Below, piece by piece: positions 22,493 through 32,690 of a stretch of 32,690 nt of DNA. The stretch is from Halocafeteria seosinensis. Its lineage: Eukaryota. The notes under the pieces are model-generated. The model was given only the letters and a program-made list of their open reading frames with translations, was not told the DNA's origin and ran no database searches. Location: the NCBI GenBank assembly GCA_001687465.1, contig LVLI01000238.1:1-32690 (forward strand). Reading direction: 5' to 3'. Positions within the stretch are counted from its first letter, which is position 1, and the number at the start of each line of letters is the position of its first letter. The translations under genes were made by a program, and so were the position numbers.

Positions 22493-23382
22493 CTTTTTTC
22501 TTAGTCTTCACTCACTCTCTCTCTCACACACACACGGGGAGTACTAATAACAATAATAAAACGGGGTATAAATCCTGCTAGAGAAACAACGAACGGTTCG
22601 GTCGCAATAATCATCAAACCAACTTCCTTCCTGGGATTGGAATTTCAAGTTTCACCCACAACCAAACGCAAACGGTCCGGACCGGGAAAGAAGCGGTGTT
22701 TCCTGGAAAAGCCGAAGCCGCCAACCCAAAGACAAGAATTCGTGGTTGGTTGACTGTCGCTGAAGCCACGGAACATATGTATAGTGAACATGACGTCAGT
22801 GCGCGTCTGGCTATCGTATCTTCAGAACTTGTAGCCAGTGGACTGTTGTACAACTACTTCTTCTTGTACCGAAACGCGATAGTGGACCACGTGGTGGACG
22901 GACGGAGCAGCTTGCGCTTCTCCGACACGACTGGAATGAATGAGCTCGTTCTTCACGTACTAACGTCACTAAGGGGCTCTGTGAGTTGAGATTCAACAGA
23001 CGGAGTATGTTTCAAGTGTAATGTTTCGGGCTTGCTTAGTAAATCTGCCTGACCACACCTGGTCACAAGTTTGGAATTACCTGGTACTGCAGGAGATGAG
23101 GAAGCACTGTCGTATGGTACCGTAGTAGAACCATTTCTGGAAATGCTCACTTCATTTGAACCGACAAAACGAGTGCGCAATTTCCTGCTTCAGCCACCTG
23201 GCCAACTCGTTGCTTGTCGGTGGGTCACCCGTGGGTGGTACAGTGGTAGTACCAATTACACACTCACACACACACATATGTGACAGATTACACACTGTAA
23301 ACCTGAACCTGGGCCTGCACAGCCCTCGTCTCCCCCATGTGGCGTGGCCTTTGCGTTCAAGTCTCAACCATTAGCCAGATAA

Positions 23383-23662
23383 TATGGGGACTGTAGCTGT
23401 AAGCGGGTGGGAATTTTGAGCCAGCGAGATTAGAATCTCCCTTGAGTTGCGAGGTGGTTGAAGAAGGACCGCCGAAAGGGGCTCCCTGAGGGAGCAAAAA
23501 AGGTCGCCTGCGCGACCTCTTCCGTCGAAGTCTGGAAGTTTCCTCCCCGTTCGTTCACCTTGGGAAAGCATGCATTGATTGGATGAATCCTAGGGGTATG
23601 GTGTGGCTGTTAAGTAAAGCACTTAGTAGAACGGAAAACGCACTAGACGGTTGCACTCCATA
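23383..23662 (+). ncRNA. Candidate structured RNA element, family unidentified
   Basis: Long-range helix 23383-23400 with 23647-23662 (16 bp, five G:U on the + strand) encloses several hairpins, including GCTCCC-TGA-GGGAGC and AGGTCGC-CTGC-GCGACCT. Confidence 0.35.
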
Positions 23663-24018
23663 AAAGAAAGAGTCGGGAGTACTGTACCGTACCGGTAGCA
23701 AGGTGTCTCGGGAAGTTGGGTTGACACCACACAACCAGTTTTGTAGGACATTGTGCCTGTGCAAAGTGCTGATTTAGTTCAATTTACTATCGTATTTGAG
23801 TTGTTTGCGTGCTTGCTTGCCTGCCTGCTTTCAGGAACAAAACGACGACCAGGAAGAGGAAGAGGAAGCTGCTGCTGCTGCGGCTTGTGAGCTGGTGTAC
23901 GCATCCTGTGTTTAACATTAACGCGTCTCGCCCTGGCGGGCTTTATTTGGCCAAAACAATAGGAGTAAGGGTGTCGAAGCCCCCCACGACTGGGCACGTA
24001 AGAAAGGGCTAAAAGGAA

Positions 24019-27000
24019 ATGGAAGGGACACCTAGCTCGCCGAGGACGGCCGGTAACGGACCTGGGACTGGAAATAATCAACACGAGGACATTCAGCAAC
24101 GTCAGTCTCCGGACGATGGGGCTCACAGTGACCAGGACGGCGTCCAGAAAAGAATCGAGGACAAGACGGGAAGTACGGGAGACACTGAAACCACCGGCAG
24201 ATGGACAGACGGGAACCTGGAACAGGATTCGCCTCAGAGTGAACGTGCTGATGCTGGGCGTATACGCAAGGTGGAAATACCAAAGAGCCCGAGTACACAA
24301 CGTTCTGTTGAAGAAAGAAGCTCTATAGAGCAGGGGGATGCAACGGAACAATTGTACGAAGAACCAAACAAAGACTACGATGAGGAGGATAGGCAGGCCC
24401 AGGACGACCGACGATTTTACCCGGGCCTAGCTCCTAATATATCAGACATATCCGAGTCGGAGGATAGGGACGACAGTAGTGAGGAGGCTGCTCACCAGCT
24501 TCCAATCAACATGGTAAGAGGGCACAGCTTTCTGCGCAAGGAACTGTCTTCCGATGAATTTAGTCACTTCGAAGATCGAGAGGAGATGATGACTGTCGAT
24601 TATACTCCGGCAATCAACATTCGCCCAGTTGATCTTCATACCCCTCTACGGACCCTACGCTTAGGTAGAGATATCATAATTGCAATCTGTATCACCATAT
24701 ACAATGAAGACGCAGATGAACTAAGGATGACTCTTCGTGGAATAGGGGAAAACCTTTCGTACTTGGCGTCTGTTGGGGTTGACTGGACCCAAGTCCAGAT
24801 TGTTATTGTAGCTGACGGACGGAACAAACTGAATGAGTCCGTCCAAGAGTTTTTTGCAAAAGAATTGCTACTTTTCAATGAAGATCTATTGCTTAAGTCG
24901 CATAAAGGGAACCCCGTTACTTGCCACCTTTATGAAAAGACGGTTGAGATTGCGCGACACTCCTCACAGCGGCAATACTATTTTCCGATGCAAATATTAC
25001 TGGCTATGAAGGAGAAAAATGGCGGAAAATTAAACTCGCATCTTTGGTTTTTCAGTGGTTTCTGTCGACAGTTGCAGCCGAAATACGTATTTCTCGTAGA
25101 TTGTGGTACTGCCCCCAAGCGAGATGCAATAATGCACTTATACCGTAGGATGGAAGAAAATCCACAACTCGGAGGAGCAACAGGAGAAATTCAAGTCCGC
25201 ACTCCCCGGTTTTACCACATGCTTGAAGCTTCGCAGCACTTTGAGTACAAAGCAGCCCATATGCTGGATAAGCCCATGGAAAGTGTGTTTGGTTACCTGT
25301 CGGTACTTCCGGGCGCATTCTGTGCATACCGATGGGAGGCTATTCGGGGGGAACCTCTGTCCCAGTACTTCAAGTTGGAGGAAACCGGTGCGCAGCAGCT
25401 CGGTCCGTTTGCGGCAAACATGTACCTTGCAGGTGAGATAAATTATCGCTTGTATCACATTATATTGTTTGTCTCGTAGCGGTAATTGCTTACTACTGCA
25501 GAAGATAGGATTTTGTGCTACGAAGTGATCGCAAAGAAAAGGCGCAATTATACACTTTATTTTGATCACAACTCTGTGGCTGTGACTGACGTACCGGGGT
25601 CACTTCTTGAGCTAACAAAACAGCGGCGGAGGTGGCTCAATGGATCGTTTTTTGCGATACTGTACTATATAACAAAATTCTGGGGTTTGTTGAGTCGTAC
25701 GAGTCACTCGGTACCGCGGCGATTCTTCTTGATTATTCAGTTCTTCTATTATGTGAGCTTGATCTTCTTTAACTGGTTCGGAGTCTCGCTGTTGTATCTC
25801 AGTTTTTCCCTCATCATCGATCTGGCGATGGATCAACTTGAGTCGGAGACGTTGGCTTTGGCCCTGTTTTTTTCATTTCACATTGTTTACCTCTCGTTAA
25901 CATTCTTACAAGTACTTTTTGGACTCGGTGCCAAAGCGCAGGACGTTACTCGTGTTTATTTTGTCTCGTCTATTGTGTACGGTCTTCTGATCGTCTTGGC
26001 CATTGGATTGTCCGTGTGGCAACTAACTGCGGAGAACAGTTTGGCGCTGCTATTGATCTCTGTTTCAGCGTTCGGGACATTTTTCCTTTCTTCATGTATC
26101 TATGGGCAACTGTATACGATGATGTCCACGTTTGTTCAATATGTGTTTATGCTGCCTACGTTTCTAAACATGTTCATCGTTTATTCGTTGTGTAATATGC
26201 ATGATGTCTCATGGGGCACGAAGGAAGGAAATCTTCGAACACAGCTTGCCGAGGCGCGAGACAAAGTTGACCAAAAGAGTGGTGACGTTAAGGCCGGAGA
26301 AGACGGAGATACGCGTATGAAGAATCTGAGAGCGGCGGCGCGTCTGTTGCAGGGTAGTCAGTCGGATGGTGATCAGGCAGACGTGCCTATGGAAGACAAA
26401 GACCCCCATGCCGTTATGCTCAAGATAGCTGAACAGGCTGAGGAGGAGAGACATAAGGAGAAAGTTGAAAAGTAAGTAGTCTTTGCAAAACGCACAATTC
26501 TTCATCTCATCTCCATCATCTGGATCTGCAATTTCTTGGTTGTGATTCTTGGGCTCAGGAACAAGGAAAAGCTGCAGAGAGAAAATGATGAGCTCCGTCG
26601 CCGCTTCCAAGCGTTTAGGACGCGATTATTAGCGTTTTGGCTGTTCTGCAATGGGTAAGTTGACCTAAGAAGTCTTGCTATATTTTACCATCCTTTTACT
26701 GGTGGTTGTTTTTGCAGCACCGTAGCGTCGATAGTACTTGGATTCGGCCTTATCACTTACTTCGGTTGGTTTATGGCGGGCGCAGTCGGATTTCAGATGA
26801 TTTACAGACTAATTGGAGCATTTTGGTATCAGGGGGAGCGTTTGGTAAAGTATTGTTGGAGGAAAGTCTTTTCGTGGTGGTGCTGTTTCCGCTGTTGCTG
26901 GGAACGACACAAAATGCAACGGTTTCAGATTCGGGCGAAGGAACGACGACTCAAGCAACAGCGACAGATACGACGCTACATTGGTGGGTATGACGATGAG

Positions 27001-30000
27001 CCCGTCGATGACGAAACGGACGATATGTCAGCAGTTGACAGCGAAGACGAGGAGGAAAAACGGAAATGGGGTGCGAAAGATTGGAGCCAGTACGCAGGGT
27101 ATGGATTGGTGCACGAGAAAGCCCAGATTGATGCTGCTACAGGTAGACAGCGTAGAGCATCACACCTCATTGGCTGGGATGAGGAGATGGACGAGGGTGA
27201 ACGGCAGAAAAAGCTGGGCAGACGCAGCAGCATTTTCGATTCCCAAGCGTCTGTGGAGGTTGATGCTGGTGGGGCAAAAAGACGAGTATCCTTGTATCTC
27301 GACACGCCCAGGGAAAGCAAGATGATTCCAGCGGACACTGTCTCTGCTGCGGCAGCTGGAAAAGTCGGGACACAGCACGATGCCGTTTCACACAACGAAG
27401 AGGCTGCAGACCGGGGGGAGCATACACCCACTTCTTATGAATCTGGTAACTCCTCTAGCGATCGTCTGTCTGTTCGGTCCGGTTCGGACGAGTCTTGCGA
27501 CTCTGCGGAATTGAACGCTTGCATTGAAGATGGCGAAAACGTTGCCGCAAATGCGAAGTCGAAGCTACAAGGGGCTGATGACATTGAGTCGTCGAATACT
27601 GTCCCCAATTATATACTTCCTCCTGGGGCCTCATCCTTCCCGCCCGTGGACCATGTCAAGGCAGTTTGGAATACTACGACGGCGAGCAGTGCTGTACAAG
27701 CCCAGAACGCCAATGAATATGCAACGACAGCAACTAGAACCGATAACACGCGTGATGACGAACTAAGCACATATACTGGCCAGGGGGTTATTGAGTACAC
27801 TACAGATGCCAACCATGCACCGGATCCTTCGCATGAGAACTCGGTATCCTCGGGTTCCGCAAGGCATGAAGAGCAAGGCGTTGTAGATACGTCCTTGGGG
27901 TATGGAAGGAGATCGACCCCTTCACGCAGTAGCGACGGGGACGCTTCGGATGAAAGTGTTGGGAATGACGATGCTGGGTCCTTTCATTTTCCGAAACAGA
28001 AGGGTCATAGCTTCTTGCGCAAGAAATTCGACTCATCCGATTTGAGTGTTACCGGAGAGGAAGAAGAAATGTATACTTTAGATTACNCCCCCGCCGTAAA
28101 CAGAAGACCTGTAGACTTGCTAACCCCCCTTCGTTTGGTTAGGCTTGGAAAGAACATCGAAATATTCGTGTGTCTTACATATGGTCATGGAAGCTTGCTG
28201 GAGCTCAAACGGTAAGTTGCTATGTATGTATGGAAGATACTTGTCGGAATCCGCTCACCTATATTGTATTCGGAACGATGCAGGACACTGACTAGTGTCG
28301 CAGAAAATTTGTATGGCCTTCAGCGATTCGGCATCTCCTGGGACCGCGTTGCGCTGTGTCTTGTAATAGATGGTCGTGAGTCCATCCCCAATGAAGTACG
28401 TGATTATCTTGTTAACGAGGTCAAGATTTGGGAACCAGACATGCTTTTGAAGAGCCACAAGGGCGCGGATGTGATGTGTCACATATTTGAACGAACGGTT
28501 GCCCTTCCGAGGCATTCCTCGCAGGGGGAATACTTCCTACCGCTGCAGATGGTGTTGGCGGTCAAAGAGAAGCCTGGCGGAACACTGCACTCTCATTTGT
28601 GGTACTTTTCAGCGTTCACGCGGCACGTTCAGCCAAACTATTGCCTTGTCCTTGACAGTGGCGTGAAACCACAGAAGAATGCTGTTCTGAACTTACACCA
28701 GGAACTGGAGGTGAATCCCCAAGCAGGGATAGTGTTTGGAGAGTTGAGACCCTTGGATCCGCGATACTACAACATAGCTGAATCCAGTCAGATTTTTGAG
28801 TATACCTTGGCTCATAGCTTACAAAAGCCGGCGGAATCTTTTGCTGGGTATGCGACACCATTTACATCCGGCTTTACGATGTATCGTTGGAAGGCTATTC
28901 GAGGAGAACCACTGAATCAATATTTCCGTGTAGAAGAGGAGGGTCTAGCTGCGTTGGGTCCATTCTTATCGAATTTGTACTTAACAGTGGATCGGATCAT
29001 TACGTTTGAAACATTGACTAAGCGGCAAAGGAAATGGAGAACTTTGTACTGCTCGGCGGCAGTCGCCGAGCATAAGACGCCTGATACACTTATTTCATTG
29101 ATCACGAACAGGCGCAGGTTTGTAAGCGGAAGTCTTTTTGGGTATATGTACTTCTTGAGCCAGTCGATGAAAATTTGGCAAAGAAGTGCTCACTCGGTTG
29201 TGCGGAAGCTAATGCTCAGCGCCCATACTTTGATGAATGTTGTGTATATCATTTTCTACTGGTTTGCCCCTTCCCTGGTCTATCTGCTGATGTTCTACAT
29301 ATTTACCACGTCTGTCAGCGGTCTGGGCTTCGGCACTACGTAAGTGCTGCGACAGCGATTGTTTTTGTTTTATGTTAGCGATCAGAAAGTGGCATACTTC
29401 GTGCTGCAGGATTATTACATTCGGCTTCCATCTGGTGTACCTGGCGACAATGCTACTACAAGTGATTTTCTCGCTTTCGTCCCGTTCCGAGGATGTTGAA
29501 CGGATATTTTTTGTATCTTCTATAATCTACGGAGCGTTTATGTACACTGCATTTGCGCTATTCTTCCTTTCTGCCGTGAATGGGGCCTTTGACAACATAT
29601 TTCTTCTTGGACTTGCAGTTTGCGCGGCTAGTGCTCTAGCTGCTGCCCTAATTCACGGTAATCTGTTTCGCCTGCTGGCTTCGTTTTTGCAGTATCTCTT
29701 CATATTTCCCACCTCTGTGAATTTATTCATGGTGTATTCGTTCGCGAATTTGCATGATATAAGCTATCGTCTAAGAGAGGGCAATCTGTTGGCATTAATG
29801 TCTCAGGCTCGAAAAGGTGTTCGTCATGATGCTTATGATGTGAAAATGAATCAGAGACCGCGGAGGGCTTCTGAACTTCTGCGGGAGCTGGACGTTGCAA
29901 TGCGAGAACAGATAGGTCATAGACTTTCCAACGACGATAACGTAGCGGAGAATGCGGAAGAACACGAAACTGGAAGCTCTATGCAGCCCCCTCCCCAGCA

Positions 30001-31217
30001 AGTAGCGAGAGCGTCAGTGGGTGGAGACCCAAAAGAGATTTTGGAAAGAGCATACCAGGCAGCTCAAGAGGAGCAGATGCAGCGAGAAATCGAAGAGTAA
30101 GCATAGCGCCTCTCTTGGTTCGCTATCTGCTCAGCAATTGTTGAGTTTTGTTGCAGGCGCAAAGAAAAGATCCAACATGAAAATGCTCAAATCTCTTCCG
30201 AGTTTGCATCTTTCCGAACCCGCCTACTCGGTGTCTGGTTGTTTACAAATATGTAAGGATTGCAATGGAGCTACTGGACGCTCACCATCCTGCCGATTAT
30301 TGTACCGCTCATTTACATGTTACGCAGGATGCTTGGTGCTGCGTTTAGTGGAACGGGCCATCTTAAAGAAGGTGCTTGGGGAGTCGCTGGTATAACAACT
30401 TTGATTTTTATTCTACGTTTGCTGAGTACGATCTTCTTCCAGTTGGAGCGTGCGTTTAAACATATATGGACAATGTACTTCTCGTGGTGCGGCTGTCGGT
30501 GTTGGTGGGAAAAGGGTTCAAAACGTTCGTCGCAAAAGAAGCAGGGAGAGCCCCGATATGCCGAGGTTGTTCCTGGAATGGAAGTAGAAGGCGAGCAAGC
30601 GGAGACTGGAAGCACGGACTCTGTTGACCGTTACGACGAGGCTCAGTGGGGTGCGTATAACTGGTCAAATTACTTTGGTTATGGTGTCGCTGAAGGTCGT
30701 GGCGAAAATGACATAATAGGATGGGACGAAGAAATGGATGAAGAAACCCGGTTGAAGCTCGTCGGAAGAAGGCACAGTGTATTTGACGAGGCACCGCCAG
30801 TTCCTAAGACTTTCAGCCGAAAGATAGATGTGCCCAAAGTAGATGCACAAGTCGACACCGAAGAAGATCACGTAGTTTATGTTAAACCATCCCATGAATC
30901 GACAGGGAAGTCACAGGGACAACCTGAGGCCGCGGATAGCCAAAGTGGGGTCGACGAAACTGAAACGGAATCTCTTGGACCCTTGTTGAGAGAAGGCGAG
31001 GAGGTGGCTAGACGTGTCTCTGTAAGTCTGCGCCAACATGAAGAGTAACTGTGGATTTCGGCAAAAGACCGCAGAAAATCATAACGAGGTGTTTCCGTTT
31101 GAGCAACTTCAGATAGAAGAAGAGCAGGACATCACTCCTGCAAGTCTTATGCATCTATATACGCCCACCACTGTACACAAGTCCTCACAGGAGGATTTGG
31201 ATTTGTTAACCCGATGA
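24019..31217 (+). CDS. CHS: Tandem double-module chitin synthase (intact module A plus degenerate module B); exons 24019-25432, 25502-26471, 26559-26654, 26718-28211, 28284-29339, 29410-30096, 30157-30252, 30328-31021, 31113-31217; 2203 aa (2177 aa ending at 31048 if the last intron is not spliced)
   Basis: Eight GT-AG introns (69, 87, 63, 72, 70, 60, 75, 91 nt) each restore the frame; the first seven also restore homology. Module A: TIYNE, DGR, KEKNGGKLNSHLW, VDCG, VLPGAF, YLAEDR, TDVP, QRRRW, HDVSWGTK, FRTRLL. Module B repeats the architecture with altered motifs. No stop codon lies between the modules. Confidence 0.88.
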
Positions 31218-31546
31218 CCGACCCGTGACCAGGACCCCCACATTCGGTCCCGGTCGCCACATCTGTCCCTACTTGAACTTCCAACCACAAGGAAGGTGGA
31301 TCATCTCGCTTCCCTTCCAATTCAATGGAATGAGCGACGTCTATTATTATCTGGCGTTGATGCTTCGAGGGTTGTAAAAGAGCATGTTATTGTGTTCCCT
31401 TTGGTAGCTTCTGTTCTTTCTGTGTGTTGTTTCATACAAATACATGTACAGTAGGTTGTACTAACCTGTATGTGTAAGTAAGTGTATATACAAACAGCTG
31501 TACAAGGTTGCTAGATAAAGTTTATTACCACCGTTTGTAGGAAACG

Positions 31547-32690
31547 ATGCCGAAGAAGGGAGCTCCTAACACTACCAGTACGCCCGCTACAGGACGCCCC
31601 AATACCAGACAAACAGCTAATGAGAACCGTCAAACCCAGAAAAGAGGCCATTCACGGGAATCGGGGACGAAAAATACTCAAAAGAGGTCCAAGAAGACAC
31701 CTTACAACAAGCAAGCGCCTACAGGCAAAGAAGGCACAGGTCGTAGCTTTGGACAATCGGGACAACAAAATAAGGCTAGTGTGTCCAGACAACAGGCGGC
31801 GAGCTCTTCCTCCGGGGAGAGGAAAGCGAGTAGCTCCTCGGCTTCCAGCACGAAAAAGGAAGGCCCAACGCTGGTGAGAGTGTACCGGAAGCCAATTGCA
31901 CCGGTAAACCAAAACTACTGATACCATCTTCGGCTACCCGAGAGGAGGAAAATAGGTTAAAGGAAGAATATAAAGCGAAACTGGCACAGTATGGTGGGAA
32001 CCGTTCTAGCGGGACTGATACAACTCCAAGGAAAAGCCACTCACAGCGACAAACAGCCGATGGTGGAGGGGACACATCCGAGCATATCGAGAGTGGAGCC
32101 GAAGGTAATACGGAAAGTGAGTAAACTGAGTACAAGGAATTTTGGATGTCTCAAAACGTTCCGTTTGACTCTCTGGCCACATTTCCGTAGACAGAGAAAC
32201 CTGTGGTTACCGAGACAACTCAAGAAACTGTGCCATGTAAGTTATCTTGGTGAGAACTGTATACTGATTCTTGTTCGTCTTGAATTCCCATGGGCACTTG
32301 TTTGCGCGACATTGCAGCCCTGAAAAGCATTCTGCGGAACAGGTTCGATAAATTCCTCCAGCAGAAGCAATACAAAGCGTCATGGCCCGCCGCAAAACAG
32401 GTAAAAGGCATCAAAGAGGCGTTCGAGGCCATGACGGGTGATTTGGATGAGGCCTCCTTCGAGGACAAAGAAAGCCTTCAAGCGTTTCTCCAGGGCTACG
32501 TCAAGAAACACCAAGCCACCACAATCGCCGGTGAATTATTCCGGTGCTTGAAAAATGCCAGAGAAGCGCGTAAGTCTATGGTTTGTATGCGACAGTACAA
32601 ATGTAGCTCAATTCCCAAATACCATATTGTTGTCTTCTCTTGTATTACTTTGTTGCTTGTTTGCAGGAGGCGGCGGTGGAAGCTCAAGTT
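31547..32690 (+). CDS. Hypothetical multi-exon protein with a basic low-complexity N-terminus, 3'-truncated; exon structure partly unresolved
   Basis: ATG 31547 opens MPKKGAPNTT... Clear introns at 32237-32317 and 32570-32666 (GTAAGT...TGCAG) flank an open exon (LKSILRNRFDKFLQQKQYKASWPAAKQVKG...). The junctions near 31850-31990 and 32105-32194 are ambiguous. Confidence 0.55.

Noticed and set aside
22791..22894. TGACGTCA and CCACGTGG palindromes as transcription factor sites
   Set aside because: Single short matches with no supporting context.
23383..23662. Identification as RNase P/MRP, SRP RNA or an snRNA
   Set aside because: Only partial echoes (ACGGAAAACGCACTA before the closing helix, TGTAG, AATTTTGA). 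No P4 pairing partner, SRP helix 8 consensus or snRNA signature was found.
28087..28087. Ambiguous base N as a possible scaffold gap creating a false gene fusion
   Set aside because: It lies inside module B's conserved DY[T]PA motif, with homology and frame continuous on both sides, so it behaves as one uncalled base and is downstream of the A-B linker.
24019..31048. Treating the separate + strand ORFs as a fragmented pseudogene or several genes
   Set aside because: Every break has canonical GT-AG signals whose removal restores both frame and chitin synthase homology.

Overview
Compact eukaryotic genomic window with short GT-AG introns (mostly 60-97 nt); a stramenopile-like origin is inferred from the chitin synthase motifs, not proven. 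Gene order: 3' end of histone H2A with a histone-type 3' stem-loop; chitin synthase-like gene 1 (two exons, 1629 aa, catalytic motifs degenerate); TMEM151-like membrane protein; a very long, apparently intronless TOR kinase (3651 aa); mitochondrial medium-chain acyl-CoA dehydrogenase on the minus strand with a long hairpin-rich intron; an intergenic region with a candidate structured RNA; chitin synthase gene 2; and an unknown multi-exon gene running off the end. The main observation is that manual splicing of gene 2 gives one ~2200-aa reading frame holding two complete chitin synthase modules in tandem. The first is intact (EDR, QRRRW, VLPGA, SWG) and the second degenerate (VDR, NRRRF, FTSG, SYR). 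With the degenerate stand-alone gene 1, the locus encodes one predicted active and two pseudo-enzyme chitin synthase modules, suggesting a hetero-oligomeric chitin synthase system. All gene models were derived by hand and lack transcript support.
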